A stretch of 64,000 nt of DNA. Source: a virus. The notes under the pieces were generated by a model. That model was not told the DNA's origin. It did not search any database and saw only the letters and a list, made by a program, of their open reading frames with translations. Where the stretch lies: IMG/VR virus record IMGVR_UViG_3300029413_000164, one strand, 5' to 3'. This document shows, one piece after another, positions 55,681-63,862 of the stretch (positions are counted from its first letter, which is position 1; the number at the start of each line of letters is the position of its first letter). Both the position numbers and the translations under genes were made by a program.

Positions 55681-56262
55681 ATGAACTATTATATAAGTGA
55701 CCTGCATCTGTTTCACGAAGCATCAATTCGCTTTGATAACAGGCCATTTGGCTCTTTGGATGAGATGCATGAGGCAGTTGTCAGCCGATGGAACAATAAA
55801 ATAAACAATGGAGATACAGTATACATCCTCGGTGACATGAGTATGCGCGGAAGGAAAGAAGACCTCATATCGCTTGTTGCTACATTAAAAGGTAAAAAAA
55901 TTCTTGTTAAAGGCAACCATGATGATGTGTCAGATTACAGATATAAGCAGCTCTTTTATGATGTATGCGATTACAGAGAGATACATGACTCATACGGTGG
56001 TAAGAATTATGACCTTGTACTGTGTCATTATCCTATATTTTCATGGAAAGGCATGAACAGAGGCACAATCCTGTTATACGGTCATACTCACAACAGTGCA
56101 GAGGACGTATATTTTCAAAAGTGTCTGGCAGGAATGGAAGAAAATGACTGTCGCCATGTAGGTGATAAGTCAATTCAGGCATACAATGTGGGCTGTATGA
56201 AGCCATGGATTGACTATGAACCAAGAAGTTTGAAAGAGATTGCAGGAGATTGCAGAATTTAA
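55681..56262 (+). CDS. Second metallophosphoesterase
   Basis: Motifs SDLHL, GDMSMRG, GNHDD and GHTH. Confidence 0.6.
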   Translation: MNYYISDLHLFHEASIRFDNRPFGSLDEMHEAVVSRWNNKINNGDTVYILGDMSMRGRKEDLISLVATLKGKKILVKGNHDDVSDYRYKQLFYDVCDYREIHDSYGGKNYDLVLCHYPIFSWKGMNRGTILLYGHTHNSAEDVYFQKCLAGMEENDCRHVGDKSIQAYNVGCMKPWIDYEPRSLKEIAGDCRI

Positions 56263-56405
56263 CAGCTTGTAATTGAGAAGAACATCACAATCTGTTATAA
56301 TACCTTCATAATCGAATAGGGAAAGAGTCGGGTGTGATTTTTCGGTTGCCCCTAGTACAGAAGGACATGCGGTTTATGTCTGGATGGAAAGGAGGAGTGG
56401 TAATT

Positions 56406-56492
56406 ATGAACACAATGGAAGTATTAACTCTGTTGCTTGTAATCTTTGCTGCACTGGCATACATAGACGGACATAATAATAAAAGAAAATAG
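56406..56492 (+). CDS. 28-aa hydrophobic peptide with a basic C-terminus (type-I-toxin-like)
   Basis: ATG with an AAAGGAGGAG RBS. Sequence MNTMEVLTLLLVIFAALAYIDGHNNKRK. Terminator directly downstream. Confidence 0.35.
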   Translation: MNTMEVLTLLLVIFAALAYIDGHNNKRK

Positions 56493-56525
56493 CACCCCTC
56501 TGGCCAAAGAATGGTGCTATTTTAC
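56491..56525 (+). terminator. Rho-independent terminator
   Basis: AGCACC...GGTGCT hairpin followed by a T-run. Confidence 0.55.
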
Positions 56526-56593
56526 AATAATACTTAACTGAGGCAATCGGAAGTTTTATATCCGATCAACTCTTTCTTTATCTCGATTATAAT

Positions 56594-56630
56594 ATAAGAC
56601 GGCTGATTTTTCAACCGTCTTTTTTTTATA
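56594..56630 (+). terminator. Rho-independent terminator
   Basis: AAGACGG...CCGTCTT hairpin followed by a T8 run. Confidence 0.55.
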
Positions 56631-56850
56631 ATACAAAATCGACTTCTGTCTATGATGATACTTGACCGGCTGCACACACAAAACTTATAATTATTTGCAT
56701 AAAAAGAAGAATTTGGAGAAAACAGATGAAGAAAAGTTTTAACGAGGAGCAGATAAGAGAATTCATTTTTCACTTTTTTTCTGAAAAAATTTTTTAAGTT
56801 ACTTAGAGGTAGAAAAGAAAACCAGCAGTAGTAAATAGACAAATTTATCT

Positions 56851-56876
56851 ATTCGCATAATTTCAATTATGCGAAT
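56851..56876. promoter_or_regulatory. Perfect 10-6-10 palindrome (candidate recombinase core site, dif/att-like)
   Basis: ATTCGCATAA TTTCAA TTATGCGAAT, about 160 bp upstream of the tyrosine recombinase gene in an AT-rich noncoding stretch. Confidence 0.45.
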
Positions 56877-57036
56877 AACGAGATACTTTAAATACTACAT
56901 ATGGGGTTCTTGGCTTAATTTAGTCCTATATATGGTATATTGTAAATCATTACACGCTACATGTTGTATTGTAAAAAATGGTATTTCTTGTTATAATTAT
57001 TTTATAAAAACAGATTACATTTACGGAGGAAATTAT

Positions 57037-58152
57037 ATGGCCCGCGAATATAAAGACCAGAAAAATGCTGAAACTGAAGCAAAGATATACAATTTAAAAT
57101 TGATGCTGCCTGATTTCTGTGCAGGTTATATCAGGTCAATAGCTGGTTATACAAAGCCTTTGACACAGTTAGCTTACTTACAGCGTATACAGTTTTTCTT
57201 AACGTGGTTGCTCGATTACAATGTTTATTTTAACAAGAAATATGATTCAATTGAGCAGTTTACAATTCAGGATTTAGACAAGCTTAAAAAGGCTGATTTT
57301 GAAGAATTTCTAAATCATATACAGAAATATGGCGCAGTTTTAAAGGAAGAACTTGATGCCAGAATGCAGACCGGTAAATATATTGTGCCATCAAAGTCAT
57401 CTACTAGAAACAATTACTTAAGCGCTCTCCGTTCGTTATACAATTATTTTCTTGAGAATGACATTGTAGACAAGGCTCCTGTGCTTAAAATCAGACAGAA
57501 AAAGGTTGACAAAACCATCCCCATTGCTCTTACAGACAGACAGGCTGAGTCAATATATGACACAATTCTTGGCGGTTCAGAACAAATCAGTGCAAGGCAG
57601 GAAGCTTCAAGGATAATTACGTCAGCAAGAGATCTTGCCATCTACACTCTCGCACTGCACACCGGAATACGTGTATCAGAGCTTGTTTCTCTTGATGTAC
57701 ATGATATTAATACTGATGAACATTGTTTCAAAATTATCAGAAAACGTGGAAATGAAGATATTGTTTACTTTGACAATACAACTGAGAATGTACTGTTGGA
57801 TTGGCTCGATGTACGTAAAAATATGAAGGAAACGCTTGGTATTGCAGATGATGAAGATGCTCTTTTTGTGTCAACAAAAGGCGTAAAGAAAGGCACAAGA
57901 TTGTCTGTACGAAGCGTTGAAATAATGGTGAAAAAGTATGCGCAAATTGCAGTTCCTGAAGTAACAAACTTCCATGCGCATTCTCTCAGAAGCTCATGTG
58001 CCACCAGCATATATGATAAAAGCCTTGATTTGGTATACACTCAGAGCCTACTGGGGCATGCAAATATCAGTACTACCATGAGATATGTGAAAAATGATGA
58101 GAAGAAGAAGAAAGAAAATAGAAATCTTCTGGACAAAAATAAAAATGAGTAA
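57037..58152 (+). CDS. Tyrosine site-specific recombinase/integrase (XerC/D-like)
   Basis: Conserved R...HxxR...Y context: ALHTGIRVSEL, HAHSLRSS, LLGHANISTTMRYV. RBS GGAGGA. No element-type promoter upstream. Confidence 0.75.
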   Translation: MAREYKDQKNAETEAKIYNLKLMLPDFCAGYIRSIAGYTKPLTQLAYLQRIQFFLTWLLDYNVYFNKKYDSIEQFTIQDLDKLKKADFEEFLNHIQKYGAVLKEELDARMQTGKYIVPSKSSTRNNYLSALRSLYNYFLENDIVDKAPVLKIRQKKVDKTIPIALTDRQAESIYDTILGGSEQISARQEASRIITSARDLAIYTLALHTGIRVSELVSLDVHDINTDEHCFKIIRKRGNEDIVYFDNTTENVLLDWLDVRKNMKETLGIADDEDALFVSTKGVKKGTRLSVRSVEIMVKKYAQIAVPEVTNFHAHSLRSSCATSIYDKSLDLVYTQSLLGHANISTTMRYVKNDEKKKKENRNLLDKNKNE

Positions 58153-58156
58153 AAAC

Positions 58157-58190
58157 ACAGCGGCATCATAGTCAGGATGCCGCTTTTCCA
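58157..58190 (+). terminator. Rho-independent terminator
   Basis: AGCGGCATC...GATGCCGCT hairpin followed by TTTTCC. Confidence 0.55.
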
Positions 58191-58303
58191 TTGCCTATTG
58201 TACATGTTGTATATATTATATATTTTATGTATATTATACAAGTTGTATAAGTTGTCCATTTTGATTGTGCGCAATGTCTCTTCACTGCTCTTTTGCTTTT
58301 CTT

Positions 58304-58693
58304 CTACTCTATTTCATCCAGATTGTCATCCAGATTATATAATTTCTTAAGGTATTCATACAGCTTATTCTTCTTCTCATCCGAAAGTCTGTAAATCATA
58401 TTCATCTCATCCGGTCTGCACAGAAACAAAAAATTATAATAGACATCTTTTTGAAGCATATATTCACTTTTTCCATACGCCGCATTAACAATCGTCTTTA
58501 AAAACAACTCTCCACGCTTTGTTTTTGCTGCAGGATAAAACTTTATTTTTTCATATATCATTCTGTCAAACACGCCAGCATAATGAAGATTTGGATCATG
58601 ACACTTCAAATAAGCCTCAATCTTTGCCAGCCGGTCTTCTTTTGCAAAGCACCATATATCTACGTCTTCAAATGGATACAACATCATTTTCAT
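58304..58693 (-). CDS. Hypothetical protein, 129 aa
   Basis: Minus-strand ORF without an assignable motif. Confidence 0.45.
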   Translation of the reverse strand: MKMMLYPFEDVDIWCFAKEDRLAKIEAYLKCHDPNLHYAGVFDRMIYEKIKFYPAAKTKRGELFLKTIVNAAYGKSEYMLQKDVYYNFLFLCRPDEMNMIYRLSDEKKNKLYEYLKKLYNLDDNLDEIE

Positions 58694-58851
58694 TATATTT
58701 CTCCCTCCTCATGTTTCAACCATTGACTCACTGCTATTTCTACTTCTCCTCTTTCAGTTATCTTTCACGACTAAATCAGCAGATTTTTAAATACTATATT
58801 TTTGTAAAAGTATTATTGCAGAAAATCAGCTTCCATATAAGACGCGATTCG

Positions 58852-58910
58852 CGCTTTTATATAGAAAGGCAATTTCATACATAATTTCTATCATACTCTA
58901 TATAAAGAAA
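58852..58910 (+). promoter_or_regulatory. Element-type bipartite promoter
   Basis: CTTTTATATAGAAAGGCAAT, about 17 nt, then TTTCTATCATACTCTATATAAAG. Confidence 0.55.
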
Positions 58911-59019
58911 AAGACGGCAATCAGCATAAGATACTACATTTAGGAGGCATTCTATCATATCAGTCAGAACACCACGTCTATAACACCTGCATAGGCGTGG
59001 ATGAATGGCCGTGCATTCT

Positions 59020-59070
59020 TATATGGAAACCTATAAACGGAAATATAAAAAATCATACTTATGTCAGAAA
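59020..59070 (+). promoter_or_regulatory. Element-type bipartite promoter
   Basis: CTTATATGGAAACC, about 19 nt, then AAAAAATCATACTTATGTCAG. Lies 25 bp upstream of the TnpB-remnant ATG. Confidence 0.55.
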
Positions 59071-59083
59071 GGAGTGCAGCCAT

Positions 59084-59552
59084 ATGTCTTACAGGGTAAT
59101 CCAGTGTCAGATAGCACAGGATAACTTAATATATGACTATTGTGACAGCAATGCTCAGAAAGCAAAGCTGTTGTATAACGCTGCACTCTTTCGTATCAGA
59201 CAGATTTTCACGGGCTGGGATAAAGACTCTCGTACTGACAATGAGAAAGAAGCCTTTGCTGAAGTAACTCTTTTACAGCAGACTTATCCCTCCATTAAGG
59301 TAAAAAGAGTCATTTCATACTGTCACCTTGAGAAACTGATGCGTGTTACGCATAACCCGCAGTCTTTACCGCTGCTCTAACGGCATGATCATTAATGCCG
59401 ACTGCAACGGCGCTGCAAATATCATGCGCAAGGCCATACCTGATGCATGGAATGGCATAACTGATTTTTCATTCCTCGCATCGCCTAAAGTGTCAGGATT
59501 CCACGAACTGAATCCCCTAAGCATTCCTGTAAAAGGGATAGCGGCCGCGTGA
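59084..59552 (+). pseudogene. Decayed TnpB (IS605/IS1341-type) remnant: N-terminal fragment joined to a frameshifted C-terminal zinc-finger fragment
   Basis: N-terminus MSYRVIQCQIAQ...KLLYNAALFRIRQ resembles the TnpB N-terminus YRIYPT...VYN. The shifted-frame CSNGMIINADCNGAANIMRKA matches the TnpB C-terminus C.CG...D.NAAINI. The RuvC core is absent. Confidence 0.5.
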
Positions 59553-59635
59553 ACGGCCCCGGCAGGTGGCGGACAGCTTAATTTTTAAGTTCGAAAGACG
59601 ACAAAGAAGTCTTATATTTTAAGACAACTTTTAAA

Positions 59636-59869
59636 GTGTCCTGTTGCTACCCAGATACCACTTCCATAGGAGCTATGCACCGCATGGGAGTTGGTAATTC
59701 ATTCAACGATACATGGGTATTTGATGACAAATATTTCATCATCTGCGGACCGAGCTGTTACGAAGTTCACAAGATGGATAAGGACGGCACCAATGTATAT
59801 GAAAGCGAGGCATTCATTGACTGTCTCAGATATGTATGGAACGAAATTCAAGTAAATGAACAATCATGA
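59636..59869 (+). CDS. Hypothetical protein, 77 aa
   Basis: ORF with no recognisable motif. Confidence 0.35.
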   Translation: MSCCYPDTTSIGAMHRMGVGNSFNDTWVFDDKYFIICGPSCYEVHKMDKDGTNVYESEAFIDCLRYVWNEIQVNEQS

Positions 59870-59976
59870 AAATAATCATATTTGTATTTATTATCGCTCT
59901 GCTTGCTGTTAACTTCCAATGGCAGCAAGCCTTATAGCGGCAAATGCCAAGTTCAATAAGGGAGGTGCATCAAAAA

Positions 59977-60042
59977 ATGGTTATGGCTATTTTGTTGGTA
60001 TTGGCACTATTGTTACTACTGCTATTATTGTTGCTGCATTGA
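59977..60042 (+). CDS. 21-aa poly-Leu hydrophobic peptide
   Basis: ATG with an AAGGGAGG RBS. Sequence MVMAILLVLALLLLLLLLLH. Directly upstream of the HNH gene. Confidence 0.3.
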   Translation: MVMAILLVLALLLLLLLLLLH

Positions 60043-60078
60043 TATTTGCTGCAAAAACGTTCTTTTAAAGGAGAAATC

Positions 60079-60477
60079 ATGAGTAAACACAAATCAATAC
60101 CCACAGCAACGCGCAAAAAGCTGTATGAAAAATACAATCACAGATGTGCTTACTGTGGATGCGAACTGGAATACAAAGACATGCAGATAGACCATGTTGA
60201 AAGTGTTTATCGCAACAACGATATTGCGCAGACAATGTCGGAAAAAGAAATGTATGACGAGAGTAATCTCCTTCCAGCGTGCAGACAGTGTAATTTCTAC
60301 AAGTCTACATTCACCATTGAACAGTTCAGGCAGAGACTAAAAAATGTCATGATGCCTAATTTGCAAAAAGATTTCCGCTACAGACTGGCAGCTAAATACG
60401 GACTGGTCGAGGAAACAGATAAAAGTATCATATTTTATTATGAAACTTTAGAGAAAGGAAATTCAAAAATATGCTAA
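60079..60477 (+). CDS. HNH endonuclease
   Basis: HNH core: CAYCG...DH...N...CRQCN. RBS AAAGGAG. Confidence 0.7.
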   Translation: MSKHKSIPTATRKKLYEKYNHRCAYCGCELEYKDMQIDHVESVYRNNDIAQTMSEKEMYDESNLLPACRQCNFYKSTFTIEQFRQRLKNVMMPNLQKDFRYRLAAKYGLVEETDKSIIFYYETLEKGNSKIC

Positions 60478-60836
60478 ATATCGAATATACGCATGAAACA
60501 ATTCAAAAATTAGCAGAGGGCATGAATGAGTATTTACACATTGATTTAAGTACACCTATGACTCTCGAAAAACTTACAAAAGCAATTATTTATATTGGAA
60601 TTGATATTGAATATGTCAATATAACAGATGCGAATAATCCTTTATTTGTAATGTCTGCGGAATATAAGAAAAGAGGCTGTCGTGATTATGTAATAAGAAT
60701 TAATAAGAACAAAGACGAAAAAGACTTGATTTTCCAAGTGGCGGCAGAATTTGGAAAAATTATCTTGTATGAACTGCCGGAAGATATAGAGAAATACGAA
60801 AAGGAGAAAGACAATGAAAGTCAGGGAACTGCTTAA
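60471..60836 (+). CDS. Hypothetical protein, 121 aa
   Basis: ORF overlapping the HNH stop, consistent with translational coupling. Confidence 0.45.
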   Translation: MLNIEYTHETIQKLAEGMNEYLHIDLSTPMTLEKLTKAIIYIGIDIEYVNITDANNPLFVMSAEYKKRGCRDYVIRINKNKDEKDLIFQVAAEFGKIILYELPEDIEKYEKEKDNESQGTA

Positions 60837-60999
60837 AAGCCTGCAAAGCCGGACCAAAATACATATTATTACCACCCCATATACAGACGATGAGTTTATA
60901 TGTAAAAATCCGGAACAGGCAATCATTAATTACGGCCATGAATCTGTAAAGAACTGGTTTGTAATGGATAACATAATATACATTAATCTGGAGGAATAA
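60814..60999 (+). CDS. Hypothetical protein, 61 aa
   Basis: Short ORF overlapping the previous gene. Confidence 0.35.
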   Translation: MKVRELLKSLQSRTKIHIITTPYTDDEFICKNPEQAIINYGHESVKNWFVMDNIIYINLEE

Positions 61000-61001
61000 A
61001 A

Positions 61002-61676
61002 TTGAAGATTATAAAAACACCTGCCGAAATAGATACCCGGCTAAAGTCATTCGTTGTTGTTGCAGATTCTGAAACAGCTATGAAAAATAGTATTGATATT
61101 GTCAGAGAATATGGATATGAAATAAAAATACTAGATTTTTGGCACAAAGATATTTCATGTCACTATAATCCATTTAAGTACGTTCATTCTGATCAAGATG
61201 TCTATGAAATGGCAGACTGTATATTTAAAGACATCAAAGGTATTGGCGGCATGGCGGAAAGACAAATGTTTATATGCATGATTTTATACCTCAGAAGAAT
61301 CCATTCACCAGAAAAACTGACCTTTGCAGATGTGATAAATCTGCCGTACAAAGAGATCAAAATTAATGGATTCCAATGCTTTGATACTTTGAATGGAAAT
61401 GGCGATGAAGCTTTTACAAAAGCATATTACAGGCTAAAAGACCTTTGTCCTGCGAACCGCATACAGGGCACTGCAATATCGCTCAGTGTGAAAATATGTT
61501 TAGCCGTTCCATTTCTTGATAATATTTTTGCGGATGATACTCTCGGTTTAAATGACAAATCTATTAAGTATGAAAAAACAGCAATATTTTTGCCTGATTA
61601 TGATGATGACATAACATTTAGAGATTTTTATAGATTAGCCGCCATGCAGTTAGAAAAAATTAGCCAGGAGGAATAG
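61002..61676 (+). CDS. Hypothetical protein, 224 aa
   Basis: TTG start with a GGAGG RBS. Confidence 0.45.
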   Translation: MKIIKTPAEIDTRLKSFVVVADSETAMKNSIDIVREYGYEIKILDFWHKDISCHYNPFKYVHSDQDVYEMADCIFKDIKGIGGMAERQMFICMILYLRRIHSPEKLTFADVINLPYKEIKINGFQCFDTLNGNGDEAFTKAYYRLKDLCPANRIQGTAISLSVKICLAVPFLDNIFADDTLGLNDKSIKYEKTAIFLPDYDDDITFRDFYRLAAMQLEKISQEE

Positions 61677-61701
61677 CAAAAGCGAAAGGAGAATGAAATA
61701 C

Positions 61702-62418
61702 ATGAAGAAAAAGAAAATCACACTGCTGGCAGTTGTATTAGCTACTGCTGCTATGTTTACAGGATGTACAATCGAGGATGAATATGTTCCAGTTGATACA
61801 GAGATACAAGTTATGGAGACAAATGATATGGGAGTACCGTCATTATCACAGACACTAGACATTCCTGATGAAGACTTCAAACTGGTCTGCGAGTACGGCA
61901 CCAACGGATATGATCTCAACAATTGGCGTGTAACGGATCCAAAACAGATAAGCATGAAAGTACATACACAGGGACTTCCTGATGGATATGATGTAGTAAT
62001 TGACCATGTTCACGCTGACATATCACTGCTGTCAACATCACCTCAGATTAACGGCATAACTCAGGACTCTATGGATGATACATTCCACGGCCAGACTCAG
62101 GATGGTTTTGCTATTTCAAATGACACTGAATACTACAATGTCTTCGCAATCGAGGGTTACACAGACCAGTTCTATGAATTGTGGGGATATGCATTTGGTT
62201 CATATGGAAGCTTATCTTCATCATATGAAAGGCTGACAGAAAACAATATCATACAGGTTGGCACATATGGTGAGAAAATCAGCGTTGTGTATGATATATC
62301 AATTAAAAAACCCGGCAGTGACAAGTATTATACAAAATCAGTTATGAGTACATTATGTGTTCCTGTGTCGCAGAAACTTAATAAAAAAGACGTTATAACA
62401 GGAAAACCTGTAGAATAG
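61702..62418 (+). CDS. Lipoprotein, about 238 aa
   Basis: Lipobox MFTGC. RBS AAAGGAG. Confidence 0.55.
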   Translation: MKKKKITLLAVVLATAAMFTGCTIEDEYVPVDTEIQVMETNDMGVPSLSQTLDIPDEDFKLVCEYGTNGYDLNNWRVTDPKQISMKVHTQGLPDGYDVVIDHVHADISLLSTSPQINGITQDSMDDTFHGQTQDGFAISNDTEYYNVFAIEGYTDQFYELWGYAFGSYGSLSSSYERLTENNIIQVGTYGEKISVVYDISIKKPGSDKYYTKSVMSTLCVPVSQKLNKKDVITGKPVE

Positions 62419-62488
62419 TCATTTACTAATACCCACAGGCAAGCCTGTGGGTTGTGCAACAAATAACATTATGGTCAGGAGTAATATT

Positions 62489-63220
62489 ATGCATATATAC
62501 TTATACATTAGCGCAGTATTGTTTTTCATATTGATTCCCATACTGTTCGCTCTGCTGCTGTGGGCGATTTATGACCGAAAGATTCGGCATATATACAATT
62601 CGGTACATTGTCAGTGCTTGTATTTGTTGTCAGCTTTGCATTTTTTGCAAAATATTTCACGGAGGGACTTTAGAATGAAGAATGTCAAAGTAATATTCAA
62701 TGACACAGATTACGAGCTGGTTAAAAAAGCGTGTCAACAATATGATAAGCTGGTAAAAGATTATCATGAGAAAAATTCTTTGTTCGGATTGTTCACTCTT
62801 ATTACAATTCCTAGCGGTTTTCTTATATTTGTATTTGCAGAGTGCATTTCAAATGCCAGCTTTGCTAATCGGATTATCATAGCATGTACTATTATTCTGT
62901 TTGTGATTTTTCTTGGACAAACATTGGCATACGAAAAGAAAATAGATATAGCCAGTCAATACAAGATAGACTGTTTCAATATAAAATACAGTTTAGAAGA
63001 TTTTATGAGGCACGGCGATCAAATACAATTTGACACAAGCAAAAGAAATGAATTATTTTACGAAATAATGGATCCAGAAAATACATATAAATGCTATGTA
63101 TTATGCAAAGTATCAGTTGCCAACGAAATCCCGGATACAGACAATATCATTTTAAGTCTCAAAGAAACTATAGACAAACGTGGACGTGTCAGCTATGTCT
63201 GGCAGGCAGAAAGTGTATAA
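62489..63220 (+). CDS. Membrane protein (at least 3 TM helices)
   Basis: ATG with a CAGGAG RBS. Hydrophobic segments at the N-terminus and mid-protein. Confidence 0.5.
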   Translation: MHIYLYISAVLFFILIPILFALLLWAIYDRKIRHIYNSVHCQCLYLLSALHFLQNISRRDFRMKNVKVIFNDTDYELVKKACQQYDKLVKDYHEKNSLFGLFTLITIPSGFLIFVFAECISNASFANRIIIACTIILFVIFLGQTLAYEKKIDIASQYKIDCFNIKYSLEDFMRHGDQIQFDTSKRNELFYEIMDPENTYKCYVLCKVSVANEIPDTDNIILSLKETIDKRGRVSYVWQAESV

Positions 63221-63249
63221 GAAAGAAAATCAGCAGGAATACTCTCCTG

Positions 63250-63308
63250 CTATTTTCATATAGAAGGCCATATTTAAAAACAAAAACTATCATACTCTTA
63301 TTGAATAA
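63250..63308 (+). promoter_or_regulatory. Element-type bipartite promoter
   Basis: TTTTCATATAGAAGGCCATATTT, 17 nt, then AAAACTATCATACTCTTATTG. Confidence 0.6.
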
Positions 63309-63361
63309 AAGAAAATATGTAATATTATACATAAGAATATCACAAAGAAAGGAATAATTTT

Positions 63362-63859
63362 ATGGACTTACAAAAATTTAAAAATAAAATGCAGACGGAA
63401 GACGCCCTGCCACTCAACATACTGCTTGATGAGGCGCAGAGTGTACATAAAAACGGCTCCATGGAAGTTGATGCTGCCGGAGAATTTATGCAGGACATTG
63501 AGGATAAACTCGGCATTACTAAAATGATATGCAAGGATCTGCGTACCGGAGAAATACCAGTTGACGACAATCCTGTAAAGCTTACATATAACAAAGTCAT
63601 ATGCATTGAGGAACTAACCGAGCTTGCCACCGCTATCATTGATTACGAAAGCTATTGCTCAGGTTCTGATACTGATGAAACAGTCAGGGAACATAATAAG
63701 AAACTGATTGATAAGAAATATGCACTGCTTGAGGAGTTCGCAGGCGTAACGATTTGTTTGCACTTAATGAAAAAGGCATATGGGCTGACAGATGAAATGA
63801 TAAGCAAAGCTGTAAGGATCAAGCTTGATAATTTTAAGAAAAAGAAGGAGAAAAAATGA
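63362..63859 (+). CDS. Hypothetical protein, 165 aa
   Basis: ORF about 55 bp downstream of the 63250-63308 promoter. Confidence 0.5.
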   Translation: MDLQKFKNKMQTEDALPLNILLDEAQSVHKNGSMEVDAAGEFMQDIEDKLGITKMICKDLRTGEIPVDDNPVKLTYNKVICIEELTELATAIIDYESYCSGSDTDETVREHNKKLIDKKYALLEEFAGVTICLHLMKKAYGLTDEMISKAVRIKLDNFKKKKEKK

Positions 63860-63862
63860 TGT

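Noticed and set aside
58195-58300. AT-rich TGTATA direct repeats downstream of the recombinase as arm-type binding sites
   Set aside because: This is low-complexity AT-rich sequence. A repeat pattern cannot be distinguished from composition by eye.
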